DNA of 61,842 nucleotides, counting the filler. It is 4 parts of 4 records of this genome, joined end to end, with 100 filler letters (N's around TTAATTAATTAA, not from the genome) between each part and the next. Parts side by side here need not be neighbours in the genome. Positions count along the whole stretch, not along the records: positions 1 to 31,644 come from SRR31156797_2498; 3 more parts are not named here. One strand, written 5' to 3'. Positions within the stretch are counted from its first letter, which is position 1, and every line of letters begins with the position of its first letter. A program made the translations under genes and the position numbers. Below are positions 10,012 to 21,294 of this stretch, piece after piece. The notes below the pieces were generated by a model. It ran no database searches, was not told where the DNA came from, and saw only the letters and a list, made by a program, of their open reading frames with translations.

Positions 10012-10549
10012 ATTCTATGTCCTCAACTAGCGGAATAAAATCAATATTCACATTATTTTGCTCAAGATATTCATCAACAAATTCTTTAATTATATTCGTA
10101 TTGAAGCTTTCACTTCTCGAGTAAATACTTAGGTTGTTTAGATTCTCCACGACTAACAAATCAAAAACATCACTGTCATGCAGTGTCGAATCATCAAGTG
10201 ATGTTTTCACGACCTGAGGCTCAAAATCATGCTGCGTCAGATAATTTTCCAATCCAATTAATGCATCATGTCTTTTTATGTTGCTTTCATTGCCTTCATT
10301 AATGTAATAGATTGTAAGTATTCTATACTTTTTGATAGCTGTAAGAAACAGAATAACAGATAATGTGCAGCCTATTATTGCCTCTGCAATAGCAACATCT
10401 GGAGCAGAGTACAGCAAATATACAAAAGATGACAGCAGAGAAAATCCACCCAAGTAAATAATCGACCTGCGCAATTTACTGGAATTTACCGTATATAGTG
10501 CTAAAATAATCATAATTAATAGTGTAAGTATTTCAATAAATCTTGACAT
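10001..10549 (-). CDS. DUF4040/MbhD-like Mrp subunit with soluble C-terminal extension
   Basis: Motif APDVAIAEAIIG in a 3-TM N-terminus, followed by about 110 hydrophilic residues. Start placed at MSRFIE (10549). Confidence 0.82.
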   Translation of the reverse strand: MSRFIEILTLLIMIILALYTVNSSKLRRSIIYLGGFSLLSSFVYLLYSAPDVAIAEAIIGCTLSVILFLTAIKKYRILTIYYINEGNESNIKRHDALIGLENYLTQHDFEPQVVKTSLDDSTLHDSDVFDLLVVENLNNLSIYSRSESFNTNIIKEFVDEYLEQNNVNIDFIPLVEDIEYEG

Positions 10550-10553
10550 TTTT

Positions 10554-10838
10554 TCACCTATAACCGCTGCTGTATGCAGAGAGTGCAGCAGCATGTGACG
10601 TTAAAGGTGTAGTCATCAAAGATAGCACACAAACAAGAACAATTTTTGCTGCATACACCCAATCAGGAGATATTATAATAGCTCCAATCATCATAAATGT
10701 AGCACCAAAAATATCAACATTAGAACTAACCAAAAGTCGATAGTACAAGGCTTTGAATCTAAACAGACCTAGCACACCAAAGGAAGCCATAACAATACCG
10801 ATACCAATTATTATATATGCGATAATAACTTTTGACAT
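10554..10838 (-). CDS. Mrp/Mnh subunit G (MbhC-like)
   Basis: Motifs GLFRF...Y.RL....D and TP..SHA. Confidence 0.85.
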   Translation of the reverse strand: MSKVIIAYIIIGIGIVMASFGVLGLFRFKALYYRLLVSSNVDIFGATFMMIGAIIISPDWVYAAKIVLVCVLSLMTTPLTSHAAALSAYSSGYR

Positions 10839-11089
10839 TATAATTCCCCCTTTGATTTCAAGAATCTTGCTATAAGCACACTTCCAACAAATGAAAACAA
10901 TGTGTACACTATAGCAATGTCAAGCAAAAAGGACTGCTGAGTGTATAAACTTAAAAAGACTATTCCTACAACAACCTTAGAAGACAGCTGATTAAATGCC
11001 AGCAGCCTGTCCCAGACTGTCGGTCCTATCATCATTCTGATTACAATGAATATGCTTAGGAATCCCAGTATACCAATGCAGTAAACCAC
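10838..11089 (-). CDS. Mrp/Mnh subunit F (MbhB-like)
   Basis: Motifs R...GPTVWDRLLA and LDIAIVY..FSFVG. GTG start at 11089 follows AAGGAG. Confidence 0.85.
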   Translation of the reverse strand: MVYCIGILGFLSIFIVIRMMIGPTVWDRLLAFNQLSSKVVVGIVFLSLYTQQSFLLDIAIVYTLFSFVGSVLIARFLKSKGEL

Positions 11090-11227
11090 GTTATCTCCTT
11101 GTAAAATATTTATAGCCAGAAATGTATGTCTAGCCACTAGATAATCAAAAAACTATTGACTAACTACACCTTCGCTATATATTTCGTCCTCTAGCTTAAA
11201 CTTCGCTTTTTATATCATAAAAGCTCT

Positions 11228-11728
11228 TTATTTAACTACAAATTTTGCAATATATTTTTCTAATTTTTTTATGTCTTTTATATCTGAAATTTCTTCACTT
11301 TTGCATAGCTGAAGAATTAATAATTCATTATTTTTCATTGATACAGTAACAGTACCGGGTGTCATAGTTATAGAGTTTGCTAGTAGAGTCAAACCAAACG
11401 TTGATTTTAAATTGCTTTTATAATTAATCTCATTGAGCTTTACTTTACCATAAATGGTCAGGTATGCAGCGTGGATTCCTGAAATTATTATGTTATAAAA
11501 TAGAATAAAGAAATATACTAGAAAGCCAATAATATTAAAATCGAACAATGAATGATAGCAATCATCAAGTAGAAATCTATTTGTAAAAATAATGGACAAT
11601 ACAGCAATAATAACTCCGATTAGAATAGTTACAATATTGAAATTCTCTATAAGTACTACAAATATTATGCTAAATAATGCAACTATTACAAAATAATTCA
11701 TTATCTTGTTTATGCTTTTCTTTAACAT
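11228..11728 (-). CDS. Mrp/Mnh subunit E (MbhA-like)
   Basis: Motif LANSITMTPGT. Start at ATG 11728 follows AAGGAG. Confidence 0.88.
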   Translation of the reverse strand: MLKKSINKIMNYFVIVALFSIIFVVLIENFNIVTILIGVIIAVLSIIFTNRFLLDDCYHSLFDFNIIGFLVYFFILFYNIIISGIHAAYLTIYGKVKLNEINYKSNLKSTFGLTLLANSITMTPGTVTVSMKNNELLILQLCKSEEISDIKDIKKLEKYIAKFVVK

Positions 11729-11749
11729 ATACACTCCTTTTTGCAAATG

Positions 11750-14572
11750 TTATTGTAACATATCTTTTAAGAACATTCCAGTATAGCTGTCAGCGTGAGA
11801 TGCTACTTCCTCTGGTGTACCAGTGCAAACTATTTCACCGCCTTTGTTACCACCCTCAGGACCTAAATCTACAATATAATCTGCTGATTTAATTACATCC
11901 AGATTGTGCTCAATAACAACTACAGTATTACCATTATCTACTAATCTTTGAAGTATTGAAAGAAGCTTCCTGGTATCATCAATGTGCAGACCTGTTGTGG
12001 GTTCATCTAGTATGTATAGAGTTTTGCCTGTTGACCTCTTAGATAACTCGGTAGCTAATTTTATTCTTTGTGCTTCACCACCAGATAATTGAGTTGATGG
12101 CTGACCTAGCTTGATGTAGCCTAGCCCCACTTCGCTTAAAGTCCTAATTTTGTTGTATATTTTGGGTATATTTTTGAAGAATTCCAAGCTGTCTTCAACA
12201 GTCATATCCAAAACTTGATGAATATTTTTACCTTTGTACTTAATTGCCAAAGTTTCGCTATTGTATCTCTTGCCGCCGCATACTTCACATGGAACATATA
12301 CATCAGGCAAGAAATGCATCTCTATCTTAATAATACCATCTCCCTGACATGCTTCGCATCTTCCACCTTTAACATTAAAGCTGAATCTGCCTGGTTTATA
12401 GCCCTTTGCCTTGGCATCAGCAGTCTTTGAGAAAAGCTCTCTGATAAGAGTAAAAACTCCAGTATATGTTGCTGGATTGGACCTTGGTGTTCTGCCGATT
12501 GGTGACTGGTCTATGTCGATTACTTTATCCATCCATTGAGCTCCCACGATTTCCTTATGCTTACCAGCCTTTGTATTTGCTCTGTTTAATTTCTTGGCTA
12601 ATGCTTTATAAAGAATTTCATTAATCAATGATGACTTGCCAGAACCAGACACGCCTGTAATACATGTAAATACTCCTACAGGAATACTTACATTAATTGA
12701 TTTTAGATTATTTTGTTTCGCACCCTTTATTGTGATAGCTTTCTTCTTATCAATCTTGCGTCTTTTAGGAACTGGAATTGTTTTTTTACCTGATAAATAC
12801 AGCCCTGTAAGGGAGTTTTCGCAAGCCATTATTTCGTCAATATCTCCTGCAACCACGATTTCTCCACCATGTACACCAGGTCCTGGTCCCATATCAATAA
12901 TATGGTCAGCATGTTTCATTGTATCTTCGTCATGCTCTACAACAATGAGAGTATTTCCCAAATCCCGCAGTCTTTTCAGGGTACCCAAAAGCTTTAGATT
13001 ATCTCTTTGATGCAGTCCAATGCTTGGCTCGTCCAAAACATATAGTACACCCATTAATGATGAACCAATCTGAGTAGCCAATCTTATTCGCTGAGCTTCT
13101 CCGCCTGATAATGTAGCAGCTCCTCTGGATAATGTAAGATATGTAAGACCAACATCATTTAGGAAACTAAGTCTTTCACTAAGTTCCTTGATTATTGGTT
13201 CAGATATTATTGTATCCTTTTGCCCAAACTCAATATTTCCAATGAATTTCCCAGCATCTACAATGGTCATATCACTGATTTCTGAGATGTTTTTATCTGC
13301 AATAGTCACTGCCAACGATTCCTTCTTCAGTCTCGCACCACCGCAAACTTTGCAGGGAATCTGTCTCATAAAAGATTCATAGTACTCTTTCATTCCAGAT
13401 GAACTAGTTTGTTTATATCGCCTCTCAAGTGAATTCATGATTCCCTCATATGGTACTTGATATGTTCCTGAACCATGTTTATTCTCATATTTCACTGTAA
13501 GCGATTTTCCATTAGTACCATAGAGCAGTATTTGCTTTTGTTCATCAGTTAGAGTATTTACTGGCTGGTCAAGAGAAAAATCATACTTTTCACTTAATGC
13601 AGAAAAGACGCTCATTGCATAGCCGGTTGATGTATTGGTCCAACCTCCAACATTTATTGCGCCGCTGTTAATTGATTGGTTCCAGTCGGGAATAGCAAGC
13701 TCTGGATCCATCATATAGATTGTTCCAAGCCCCAAGCACTCGGGGCAAGCACCATACGGACTATTAAATGAGAACATTCTTGGAGTCATTTCATCTAGGG
13801 TAATACCACAGTCATTACACGCATAATTACTGGAAAAGTGTAGTTCCTCTCCGTCAACAATCTGTACTTTTGCCAGACCGGAAGCCTTTTTTAGAGCAAG
13901 TTCAAGGCTCTCTGTCAGTCTGCTTTTAAATCCATCTTTGACTATCAGCCTATCTACAACTACATCTATTTCATGCTTTTTATACCTGTCAAGTTTAATG
14001 TCTTCATTTAGTTCTACTACTTCACCATCAATTTTTGCACGAATGAAACCATCTTTTATTAATTCCTTTATCAGCTTGACGTATTCGCCTTTTCGTCCTC
14101 TTACAACAGGTGATAAAATCAGGATTTTGGTTCCATCAGGTATTTTTTCTACCTCATGAGTCATCTGATCAATGGACTGCTGTTTAATAGGCTTTCCGCA
14201 TTTTGGACAATGAGGTTTACCTACTCTAGCATAAAGAAGCCTTAAGTAGTCATATATTTCAGTAACAGTTCCAACTGTCGATCTGGGATTTTTGCTTGTG
14301 GTTTTCTGGTCTATTGATATTGCAGGAGATAAACCGTCTATGCTGTCAACATCCGGCTTGTCCATTCTGCCCAAGAATTGTCTTGCATATGCTGAAAGTG
14401 ACTCAACATATTTTCGCTGACCCTCTGCATATATTGTATCAAATGCCAATGATGATTTTCCAGAACCTGATAAACCAGTAATAACTACCAATTTGTCTCT
14501 CGGTATCTCAACATCTATATCCTTCAAATTGTGCTCTCTGGCACCCTTTATTATTATTTTATCCTTAGTCAT
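11750..14572 (-). CDS. uvrA: Excinuclease ABC subunit A
   Basis: Motifs [17 protein letters not shown], two ABC modules, zinc fingers and LSGGEAQR. Confidence 0.98.
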   Translation of the reverse strand: MTKDKIIIKGAREHNLKDIDVEIPRDKLVVITGLSGSGKSSLAFDTIYAEGQRKYVESLSAYARQFLGRMDKPDVDSIDGLSPAISIDQKTTSKNPRSTVGTVTEIYDYLRLLYARVGKPHCPKCGKPIKQQSIDQMTHEVEKIPDGTKILILSPVVRGRKGEYVKLIKELIKDGFIRAKIDGEVVELNEDIKLDRYKKHEIDVVVDRLIVKDGFKSRLTESLELALKKASGLAKVQIVDGEELHFSSNYACNDCGITLDEMTPRMFSFNSPYGACPECLGLGTIYMMDPELAIPDWNQSINSGAINVGGWTNTSTGYAMSVFSALSEKYDFSLDQPVNTLTDEQKQILLYGTNGKSLTVKYENKHGSGTYQVPYEGIMNSLERRYKQTSSSGMKEYYESFMRQIPCKVCGGARLKKESLAVTIADKNISEISDMTIVDAGKFIGNIEFGQKDTIISEPIIKELSERLSFLNDVGLTYLTLSRGAATLSGGEAQRIRLATQIGSSLMGVLYVLDEPSIGLHQRDNLKLLGTLKRLRDLGNTLIVVEHDEDTMKHADHIIDMGPGPGVHGGEIVVAGDIDEIMACENSLTGLYLSGKKTIPVPKRRKIDKKKAITIKGAKQNNLKSINVSIPVGVFTCITGVSGSGKSSLINEILYKALAKKLNRANTKAGKHKEIVGAQWMDKVIDIDQSPIGRTPRSNPATYTGVFTLIRELFSKTADAKAKGYKPGRFSFNVKGGRCEACQGDGIIKIEMHFLPDVYVPCEVCGGKRYNSETLAIKYKGKNIHQVLDMTVEDSLEFFKNIPKIYNKIRTLSEVGLGYIKLGQPSTQLSGGEAQRIKLATELSKRSTGKTLYILDEPTTGLHIDDTRKLLSILQRLVDNGNTVVVIEHNLDVIKSADYIVDLGPEGGNKGGEIVCTGTPEEVASHADSYTGMFLKDMLQ

Positions 14573-16536
14573 ACATTTTCCTCATTAATACGTTTTATTA
14601 TATCTCGTAATCTAGCTGCTTCCTCAAAGTTTAAATTTGCAGCAGCTTCGTTCATCAGCCTTGTTAATTCAATAATGTCAAAAACAGCTTCTTTTTCTTC
14701 GTTAATATTTGCAAGCTGCGTATCCTTTGCATCAATTTTTTGTGATATTTCTAATTTGTTACTGATGTCTTTAATTATTGTCTTTGGTATTATTCCATGC
14801 TTTTCATTATATTCCATCTGTATTTTTCTGCGTCTGTTTGTCTCATCAATTGCATTGCGCATAGAATTAGTTATAACATCAGCATACATTATTACCTGAG
14901 ATTCGCTGTTTCTGGCAGCTCTTCCTATTGTCTGTACTAATGATGTGGTTGAGCGAAGGAATCCTTCTTTGTCAGCATCAAGTATTACAACCAGTGCAAC
15001 TTCAGGTAAATCCAGCCCCTCACGGAGAAGATTTATTCCGACTATTACATCTAGTTCACCGCTTCTAAGCTGGTCAATTATATCTACCCTCTCCAGTGTT
15101 GAAATATCGCTGTGAAGATACTTAGCTTTAATCTCCAAATCCAAAAGATACTCTGAGAGCCTTTCGGACATTTTCTTCGTCAATGTAATGACCAGTACAC
15201 GATAGCCTCTGGCAGTGACTTTCCTAATCTCACCTAATAAGTGGTCAATCTGACCTTCTACTGGCTGAATAATTATTTCAGGATCAATTAAACCTGTAGG
15301 ACGGATTATCTGTTCAACTACTGCTCCAGCTTTCTCATATTCATATTTCCCAGGAGTTGCAGAAACATAGATAGCCTGACCAATGCGGTCAAGAAACTCC
15401 TGAAAGTTCAGTGGACGGTTATCATAAGCTGATGGCAGACGAAATCCATAATTTACAAGTGTATCTTTTCTGGATTTATCTCCTGCAAACATAGCCCCAA
15501 TTTGTGAAATTGTAATATGAGATTCATCTATTACAAGGAGAAAATCATCTGGGAAATAATCTAAAAGTGTAAATGACGGTTCACCTATTGCTCTGCCGTC
15601 AAAGTATCTAGAATAGTTTTCAATACCGTTACAGTAGCCCAGCTCTCTCATCATTTCAATATCAAACATAGTTCTTTGAGCAATCCGCTGTGCTTCAATC
15701 AGTTTATTTTCATCTTCAAACATAGCAACCTGTTTATTCATATCATGCTGAATAGTTTTTATTGCTGCTTTTATGCTTTCGCTATTCATTACATAGTGAC
15801 TGGCTGGAAAGATTGCAATATGTGTACGATGACTGATTGGTTTGCCAGTAACTACCTCGATGTCAGAAATCTTTTCAATTTCATCACCAAAGAATTCAAT
15901 GCGTACGGCTTTGTCATTGGAGAAAGCAGGGAAAATCTCTAGTACATCACCACGTACACGAAATGTACCACGTACAAATTCAATATCATTTCTTTCGTAG
16001 CTGATTTCCACTAAACGTGATATTATACTGTCTCTGGAAAATATCATACCTGGTCTTAGAGATATACTCATACCAAGATATGATTTTGGGTCACCAAGAG
16101 AATATATGCATGACACAGAAGCCACAACGATTACATCACGTCTCTCCTGCAGAGATGATGTAGCCGAGTGACGTAATTTATCTATTTCATCATTAATAGA
16201 AGAATCTTTTTCAATATAGGTATCGCTGGACGGAACATAGGCTTCCGGCTGATAATAATCGTAATAACTTACAAAATATTCAACTGCATTATTGGGAAAC
16301 AACTGCTTAAACTCATTATATAATTGAGCGGCAAGTGTTTTGTTATGAGCAATAACCAGAGTCGGTCTCTGCTGCTTTTCTATAACATTTGCTATGGTAA
16401 ATGTCTTGCCAGAACCAGTTACACCCAGAAGAATTTGGTTGGCTAGTCCATTCTCCAGCCCTTCATTGAGCTCTGCAATAGCTTTAATCTGGTCGCCGGC
16501 AGGTTTGTATTTTGATTCAATTTCAAATCTTTGCAT
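14569..16536 (-). CDS. uvrB: Excinuclease ABC subunit B
   Basis: Motifs [31 protein letters not shown] and DESH; C-terminal UVR domain. Confidence 0.98.
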   Translation of the reverse strand: MQRFEIESKYKPAGDQIKAIAELNEGLENGLANQILLGVTGSGKTFTIANVIEKQQRPTLVIAHNKTLAAQLYNEFKQLFPNNAVEYFVSYYDYYQPEAYVPSSDTYIEKDSSINDEIDKLRHSATSSLQERRDVIVVASVSCIYSLGDPKSYLGMSISLRPGMIFSRDSIISRLVEISYERNDIEFVRGTFRVRGDVLEIFPAFSNDKAVRIEFFGDEIEKISDIEVVTGKPISHRTHIAIFPASHYVMNSESIKAAIKTIQHDMNKQVAMFEDENKLIEAQRIAQRTMFDIEMMRELGYCNGIENYSRYFDGRAIGEPSFTLLDYFPDDFLLVIDESHITISQIGAMFAGDKSRKDTLVNYGFRLPSAYDNRPLNFQEFLDRIGQAIYVSATPGKYEYEKAGAVVEQIIRPTGLIDPEIIIQPVEGQIDHLLGEIRKVTARGYRVLVITLTKKMSERLSEYLLDLEIKAKYLHSDISTLERVDIIDQLRSGELDVIVGINLLREGLDLPEVALVVILDADKEGFLRSTTSLVQTIGRAARNSESQVIMYADVITNSMRNAIDETNRRRKIQMEYNEKHGIIPKTIIKDISNKLEISQKIDAKDTQLANINEEKEAVFDIIELTRLMNEAAANLNFEEAARLRDIIKRINEENV

Positions 16537-16565
16537 AAGCTCCTCTTTTACAATAATTATATGTT

Positions 16566-16603
16566 ATTATAGCACAAAAATCAAAAAAAGGGAACAGATA
16601 TTC
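16566..16603 (-). promoter_or_regulatory. uvrBA promoter with Firmicutes LexA (Cheo) box
   Basis: Extended -10 TGCTATAAT (16566-16574). GAAC-AGAT-ATTC at 16592-16603 has one mismatch to GAAC-N4-GTTC and overlaps the -35 position. Confidence 0.6.
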
Positions 16604-16643
16604 TTAAAAATAAACATAAATACATGTTATCTTTATATTATGT

Positions 16644-17837
16644 TTATAATTCAAAAGTGTCATGCAAAGCATTAATTGCCTTTTTTTCAAAAGAAGATGG
16701 CACTAGGCAGGAAATATTCGTATATGAGTCTGCTGATTGAAGTATTGGGCAGTTAATTGATAGCAATGAAGAAACAATCTTTGCAGTTACTCCAGGTATT
16801 CCATGCATTTTCGAACCAATTACATTAACTTTAGATAAATTGTGAACGATTTCATATTCAACATTACATTTATTATTTAATATATCTTCTGTCAGCTCTG
16901 CATCAGATGTGTCAATTGTAAAAACCATATAGTCATTAAAAATATTGATTAAATCAATACTAATCATATTTACTGCAAGAATTTGAAGAATATCAGATTC
17001 AGTGTTTTCTTTTAGATTATTGATTTTAACCTGCGTACGATTCGATAGACCTGTAACAGATATTATCATTTTACTATGGCTATTATCAACTTCACTTACA
17101 TTAGGTGAGATTTTTGTACCCTTTGTATTATTATAAGTATTTTTGATATGCATATCTATCCCGCAGTATTTAGCAGCTTCTACAGCTCTTGGGTGAATTA
17201 CTTTTGCACCATTAACAGCCATCTGCAGTACTTCTTCACTGTTAACTTCATCAATAATGCTTGCTTTATCAACTACACGAGGATCAGCTGACATGATTCC
17301 GTCTACATCAGTATAAATATCGATACGGTCAGCACCAACAGCCCCTGCTATTAATGCAGCTGTTGTATCGCTTCCACCCCTGCCAAGTGTAGTAGTCTCC
17401 ACATTATCGTATATGCCCTGAAACCCTGCAATAATCGGAACTATTCCATCATTAAGTAAACTATGTAGATAAACAGGATTGATATCTGTGCATTTTGCTT
17501 TGCCGAAATGACCTGTGGTTTTTATTCCAGCTTGAAGTCCGTTAACTGCCTGAGCCTTAATATCCATTGAATTTAACAAAGATGTTATAACAACAGAGGA
17601 AATCACTTCACCACAGGACATAAGCAGATCAACATCTCGTTTTGAAGCTTTATTGTCGTATGTAAGTGACAATAAAGCATCTGTTGAATATGGCTGAGGA
17701 TAGCGTCCAATAGCAGAAACTATTACCACTACTTTGTTATCTTTATCTAGTTCACTCTTTATTTTTTGTGCTACGAATTTTCTATTCTCATCAGAACCAA
17801 CTGAAGTACCGCCGAATTTCTGCACTATTAGTTTCAT
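16644..17837 (-). CDS. dapG: Aspartate kinase (aspartokinase I type)
   Basis: Motifs KFGGTSV, TTLGRGGSD, YTDVDGIMSADPR and GAKVIHPRAVE; ACT domains; follows dpaAB. Start placed after GGAGG. Confidence 0.9.
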   Translation of the reverse strand: MKLIVQKFGGTSVGSDENRKFVAQKIKSELDKDNKVVVIVSAIGRYPQPYSTDALLSLTYDNKASKRDVDLLMSCGEVISSVVITSLLNSMDIKAQAVNGLQAGIKTTGHFGKAKCTDINPVYLHSLLNDGIVPIIAGFQGIYDNVETTTLGRGGSDTTAALIAGAVGADRIDIYTDVDGIMSADPRVVDKASIIDEVNSEEVLQMAVNGAKVIHPRAVEAAKYCGIDMHIKNTYNNTKGTKISPNVSEVDNSHSKMIISVTGLSNRTQVKINNLKENTESDILQILAVNMISIDLINIFNDYMVFTIDTSDAELTEDILNNKCNVEYEIVHNLSKVNVIGSKMHGIPGVTAKIVSSLLSINCPILQSADSYTNISCLVPSSFEKKAINALHDTFEL

Positions 17838-17858
17838 ATTATCCTCCACACGATATAA

Positions 17859-18449
17859 TTAATGAATAATTATTGGCTGTATTTGTTTGTCATTTATTGC
17901 ATTTTCACAAGTGCTGATAATCTCATCCATATCAGCTACCAGTGAAGCTGGTTTATTAATATAATCATCCTGTTTAAAGGGTACGAAATACACATTTTTC
18001 ATTGCAAGTAGTTTGCCGAGATTAATTGCATTAGTCTTTAATGCGTCATTACTGGATATAGCTAATATTATTTTTCCGTTATTACGGTGAACAGCTTTGA
18101 CTGCCATCAGCACACAGGAATCAACAATTCCGTTTGCCATTTTTGCCATAGTATTTCCAGTACAGGGAGCAACTATTATCATATCACACATTTTTTTTGG
18201 ACCTATAGGTTCTGCCCCTGTAATTGAATGTATAGGATGCTTTCCTGTTAGCAGCTCAATGTCTTCTATCAACTTATTCTTATCATAAAACCTAGTCGTT
18301 GTATTATACACCGTTTCAGAGAAAATTGGTACTATAGTAATTCCTTGATTGACCAATGTCTCAAGTTGCGGAATTACTTTATTAAAAACACAGAACGAAC
18401 CAGTTAATGCAAACCCGACATTCATATCTAGTAAAGAATTATCACTCAT
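17859..18449 (-). CDS. spoVFB: Dipicolinate synthase subunit B
   Basis: Motifs GFALTGSFC, AEPIGPK, APCTGNT.AK.A.GI.D and FVPF.QDD...KP.SL.AD. Confidence 0.93.
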   Translation of the reverse strand: MSDNSLLDMNVGFALTGSFCVFNKVIPQLETLVNQGITIVPIFSETVYNTTTRFYDKNKLIEDIELLTGKHPIHSITGAEPIGPKKMCDMIIVAPCTGNTMAKMANGIVDSCVLMAVKAVHRNNGKIILAISSNDALKTNAINLGKLLAMKNVYFVPFKQDDYINKPASLVADMDEIISTCENAINDKQIQPIIIH

Positions 18450-19245
18450 CGTTTGTCACCTCAAATATTTTGTCTTTAATAGTTTCAAATATAATTTGAG
18501 CGGCTTCTAGAGGGTAATACTTGCCAGGTAAACCTGGACACATAACAACTGATTTTGGCAATTCATTCTCTATATATTCAAATCCATATGGATATGACGC
18601 TAATTCATAATATGTTCCGTCATAATCATCCAATACTTGATTGTCAAAATACCTATAAGGAGCAGTATTAATAATCCATTTGTACATTCTAATTTCTTTA
18701 CAGATATCACTATATTGGATTATCCTTGTGCAATTATCATATTGAGTAATATGCCGCATACTGCTGCTTGCAATAGTATACTTTATATTGGTTTTATCTA
18801 AAAGAGCTCCCAAATGCCTGCCGATTCGTCCCATACCAACTATCATAGCTTGATAATTATTATCACAATTATCAAATCGGGCTATATCAAATAATGCTTT
18901 AGCAGTCAGCAAAGCATTTGAATTCAAATATTCCTCATTAAGTGAAAGATTATAATTGTTATTAGGCTGAAATTGACTTAAATCATTTAGACTGGAATAA
19001 ACAAATAGACTTTCCGCATAATAGTTAAATATATCAGAAAGCAGTAATCTACTGCCAGCAAAATAACCATTATCATCAATTTTTGTAGGAATAGGCAAAA
19101 CAATTGTATCGAAACTTCCGCTGATATCATCAATAGACAAATCTTCAGTTTTTATGTACACAACTTCCATCAAATCACTTTGACAGATAATATCAGACAG
19201 GTATTCGCTCCTTTTATCTTTACCCAGAACTAAAACATTAAACAT
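18442..19245 (-). CDS. spoVFA: Dipicolinate synthase subunit A-like (divergent)
   Basis: N-terminal VLG.D.R; motifs VLPIP, N...TA, Rossmann VGMGRIG, INTAP, ELAS.PYG and PGLPGK..P; adjacent to dpaB. Confidence 0.75.
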   Translation of the reverse strand: MFNVLVLGKDKRSEYLSDIICQSDLMEVVYIKTEDLSIDDISGSFDTIVLPIPTKIDDNGYFAGSRLLLSDIFNYYAESLFVYSSLNDLSQFQPNNNYNLSLNEEYLNSNALLTAKALFDIARFDNCDNNYQAMIVGMGRIGRHLGALLDKTNIKYTIASSSMRHITQYDNCTRIIQYSDICKEIRMYKWIINTAPYRYFDNQVLDDYDGTYYELASYPYGFEYIENELPKSVVMCPGLPGKYYPLEAAQIIFETIKDKIFEVTNDE

Positions 19246-19289
19246 TTACAACCTCGCTTAATCGTCGCAAAAACTATATAACTATAGAT

Positions 19290-19318
19290 TAATATATGCG
19301 ATATTTCAAACAAAGGTT
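19290..19318 (-). promoter_or_regulatory. Candidate sigma-K sporulation promoter of dpaAB
   Basis: The minus strand reads AACC-N16-CATATATTA, matching the sigma-K consensus AC...CATAnnnTA. spoVF is sigma-K controlled in Bacillus. Confidence 0.5.
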
Positions 19319-19323
19319 AAGGG

Positions 19324-19683
19324 TCAGGTGTTAATTTCATATCCTTTTTTTTGAGATTTGCCATACTGTCTGTCGAAGTTCTCTTTGTTTTTAGCCTTAT
19401 AAATTTCAAACAATTCGTCAGCATCCATATCATAAGCTAAACACATACTTACAAAAAAATGCAGTATATCAACCATCTCTTCTTTTACTGCATATTCATC
19501 AATTTCTTTGGGGTTTTTCCACCACTTAAAGTTGACTTCGTCTATTAATTCTGCTAGTTCACTCATCATAGCAAGTGTATTTTTTTGAACCCACTCTTCT
19601 TTTGAAAACTTAAGGTTTCTTTTCTCTCTAATCTCTTTGTTAAGAGAACTTTGCATATCAAAAATTATATCTAATTTATCCAT
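19324..19683 (-). CDS. Dimeric all-alpha dUTPase (dUTPase_2 family)
   Basis: Motifs ELAEL.DE..FKWWK and EEMVDILHFF.S. Confidence 0.85.
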   Translation of the reverse strand: MDKLDIIFDMQSSLNKEIREKRNLKFSKEEWVQKNTLAMMSELAELIDEVNFKWWKNPKEIDEYAVKEEMVDILHFFVSMCLAYDMDADELFEIYKAKNKENFDRQYGKSQKKGYEINT

Positions 19684-19692
19684 ATTTATCAC

Positions 19693-20115
19693 TTAAAAAG
19701 CTGTATCAGCTAATTCCGGTGGATTTACTACGTATCTCCAGTCCAAGTCTCCTCTTTCAACACCTTTTATTGCTACCTCAGCAGACGCAAGATTTGTAGC
19801 TAAGGGAATATTATGCACGTCACACAGACGCAGTAGTGCATTTACATCTGGTTCATGAGGCTGTGAAGTAAGCGGGTCACGAAGGAAAATTACTAAATCA
19901 ATCCTGTCATATGCGATTCGTGCACCTATTTGCTGGTCTCCGCCTAATGGTCCTGATAAAAACCTGTGAATGTACATACCAGTAGCTTCTGTTATTCTTA
20001 GCCCTGTTGTTCCTGTAGCACATAGATTGTGCTCTTGCAGGATATCTTTATACGCTATACAAAAATCTACAATTTGAGATTTTTTCTTATCATGCGCAAT
20101 TAAAGCTATATTCAT
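19693..20115 (-). CDS. mgsA: Methylglyoxal synthase
   Basis: Motifs [39 protein letters not shown] and ATN. Confidence 0.96.
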   Translation of the reverse strand: MNIALIAHDKKKSQIVDFCIAYKDILQEHNLCATGTTGLRITEATGMYIHRFLSGPLGGDQQIGARIAYDRIDLVIFLRDPLTSQPHEPDVNALLRLCDVHNIPLATNLASAEVAIKGVERGDLDWRYVVNPPELADTAF

Positions 20116-20131
20116 TTATTACCTCTTTCTA

Positions 20132-21292
20132 TTATAATGTTAATACTTGTGTTCCTGTTCCTTTTTTTCTTCGCATCCATACACATTCAACTAAACCTAT
20201 ACCCATCATATTTGTTATCATTGATGAGCCGCCATATGAGAAGAACGGCAGAGGTATACCTGTAACAGGCATTATGCCTATTGACATACCGATGTTTTCA
20301 AAAATATGAATGAACATCATCGCTGCTACACCTATTATTATATATGAACCGAATTTATCCTCAACCTTATTTGCCATATATATCATTCTAATTAATAATG
20401 CTGCAAAAAGCAATACCACGACTAAACATCCCCAGAAACCAACTGTTTCACCAGTAACAGCAAAGATAAAGTCAGACTCCTGTACAGGAATGTAGTTTAG
20501 CTGACTCATTGCTGTAGTATTAAAGAACCCCTTGCCCGTCATCTGACCAGAACCAATAGCCATTGTGGAGTGGATAACATTATATCCGCTTCCCGTTGGA
20601 TCAATGGTAGGATCAATAAATGTAAGTATTCTATATTTTTGAGTATCACCTAAGAGTGACCATATTGGAATAACAGCAATAAGCGCACCCCCCAGCATTG
20701 TATAGAGCATCCACATCTTTGTACCGCAGGCGAAAAGCAGCACTGCAGCAATAAAAATGAAAACAACAGTAGTACCTATATCAGGCTGACCTAATATAAA
20801 TGCAAGTGGTATAGCTATCTTCAAAAGTGCATATCCAAGCTGTTTAAGATTAGTAATTCCATTTTTATATTTTGAAAAATCCCATGCCAAGGCTATGATA
20901 AGAACCAGTTTACCTGGCTCAGAGGGCTGAATCTCCTGATTCGCAATCTCCCATCTGTACTGACCATACTGCTCAGTACCAAATATCAGAACTCCTGCTA
21001 ATAAAGCAATAACTGCAAAGTACAAAATCATTGAAAATGATCCATAGATATTGTAGTCAAAATACATGATAACACCAGCAAGCACACATCCTAAAGCAAA
21101 CCAAATAAGGTGACGAGAAACAGTATACTTGTTCATAGCAGCAACGTACTCCTGCCATGTAGCTCCCTCCTCAACGGTAGGCTTGCCTGTAGCATTTGCC
21201 AGCATCAGAATACCAAATATCATCAACATTAAAATTAATACTATTAAAACAAAATCAATTGTTATTTTCTTTTTCTTTTCTAATTGTTCCAT
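20132..21292 (-). CDS. rodA: SEDS family peptidoglycan glycosyltransferase RodA
   Basis: Motifs IQPSE..K, QPD.GT, AIGSG...GKG, DFIFAV.GE and GIPLPFFSYGGSS; located in the mre/pbp2 operon. Confidence 0.92.
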   Translation of the reverse strand: MEQLEKKKKITIDFVLIVLILMLMIFGILMLANATGKPTVEEGATWQEYVAAMNKYTVSRHLIWFALGCVLAGVIMYFDYNIYGSFSMILYFAVIALLAGVLIFGTEQYGQYRWEIANQEIQPSEPGKLVLIIALAWDFSKYKNGITNLKQLGYALLKIAIPLAFILGQPDIGTTVVFIFIAAVLLFACGTKMWMLYTMLGGALIAVIPIWSLLGDTQKYRILTFIDPTIDPTGSGYNVIHSTMAIGSGQMTGKGFFNTTAMSQLNYIPVQESDFIFAVTGETVGFWGCLVVVLLFAALLIRMIYMANKVEDKFGSYIIIGVAAMMFIHIFENIGMSIGIMPVTGIPLPFFSYGGSSMITNMMGIGLVECVWMRRKKGTGTQVLTL

Positions 21293-21294
21293 TT

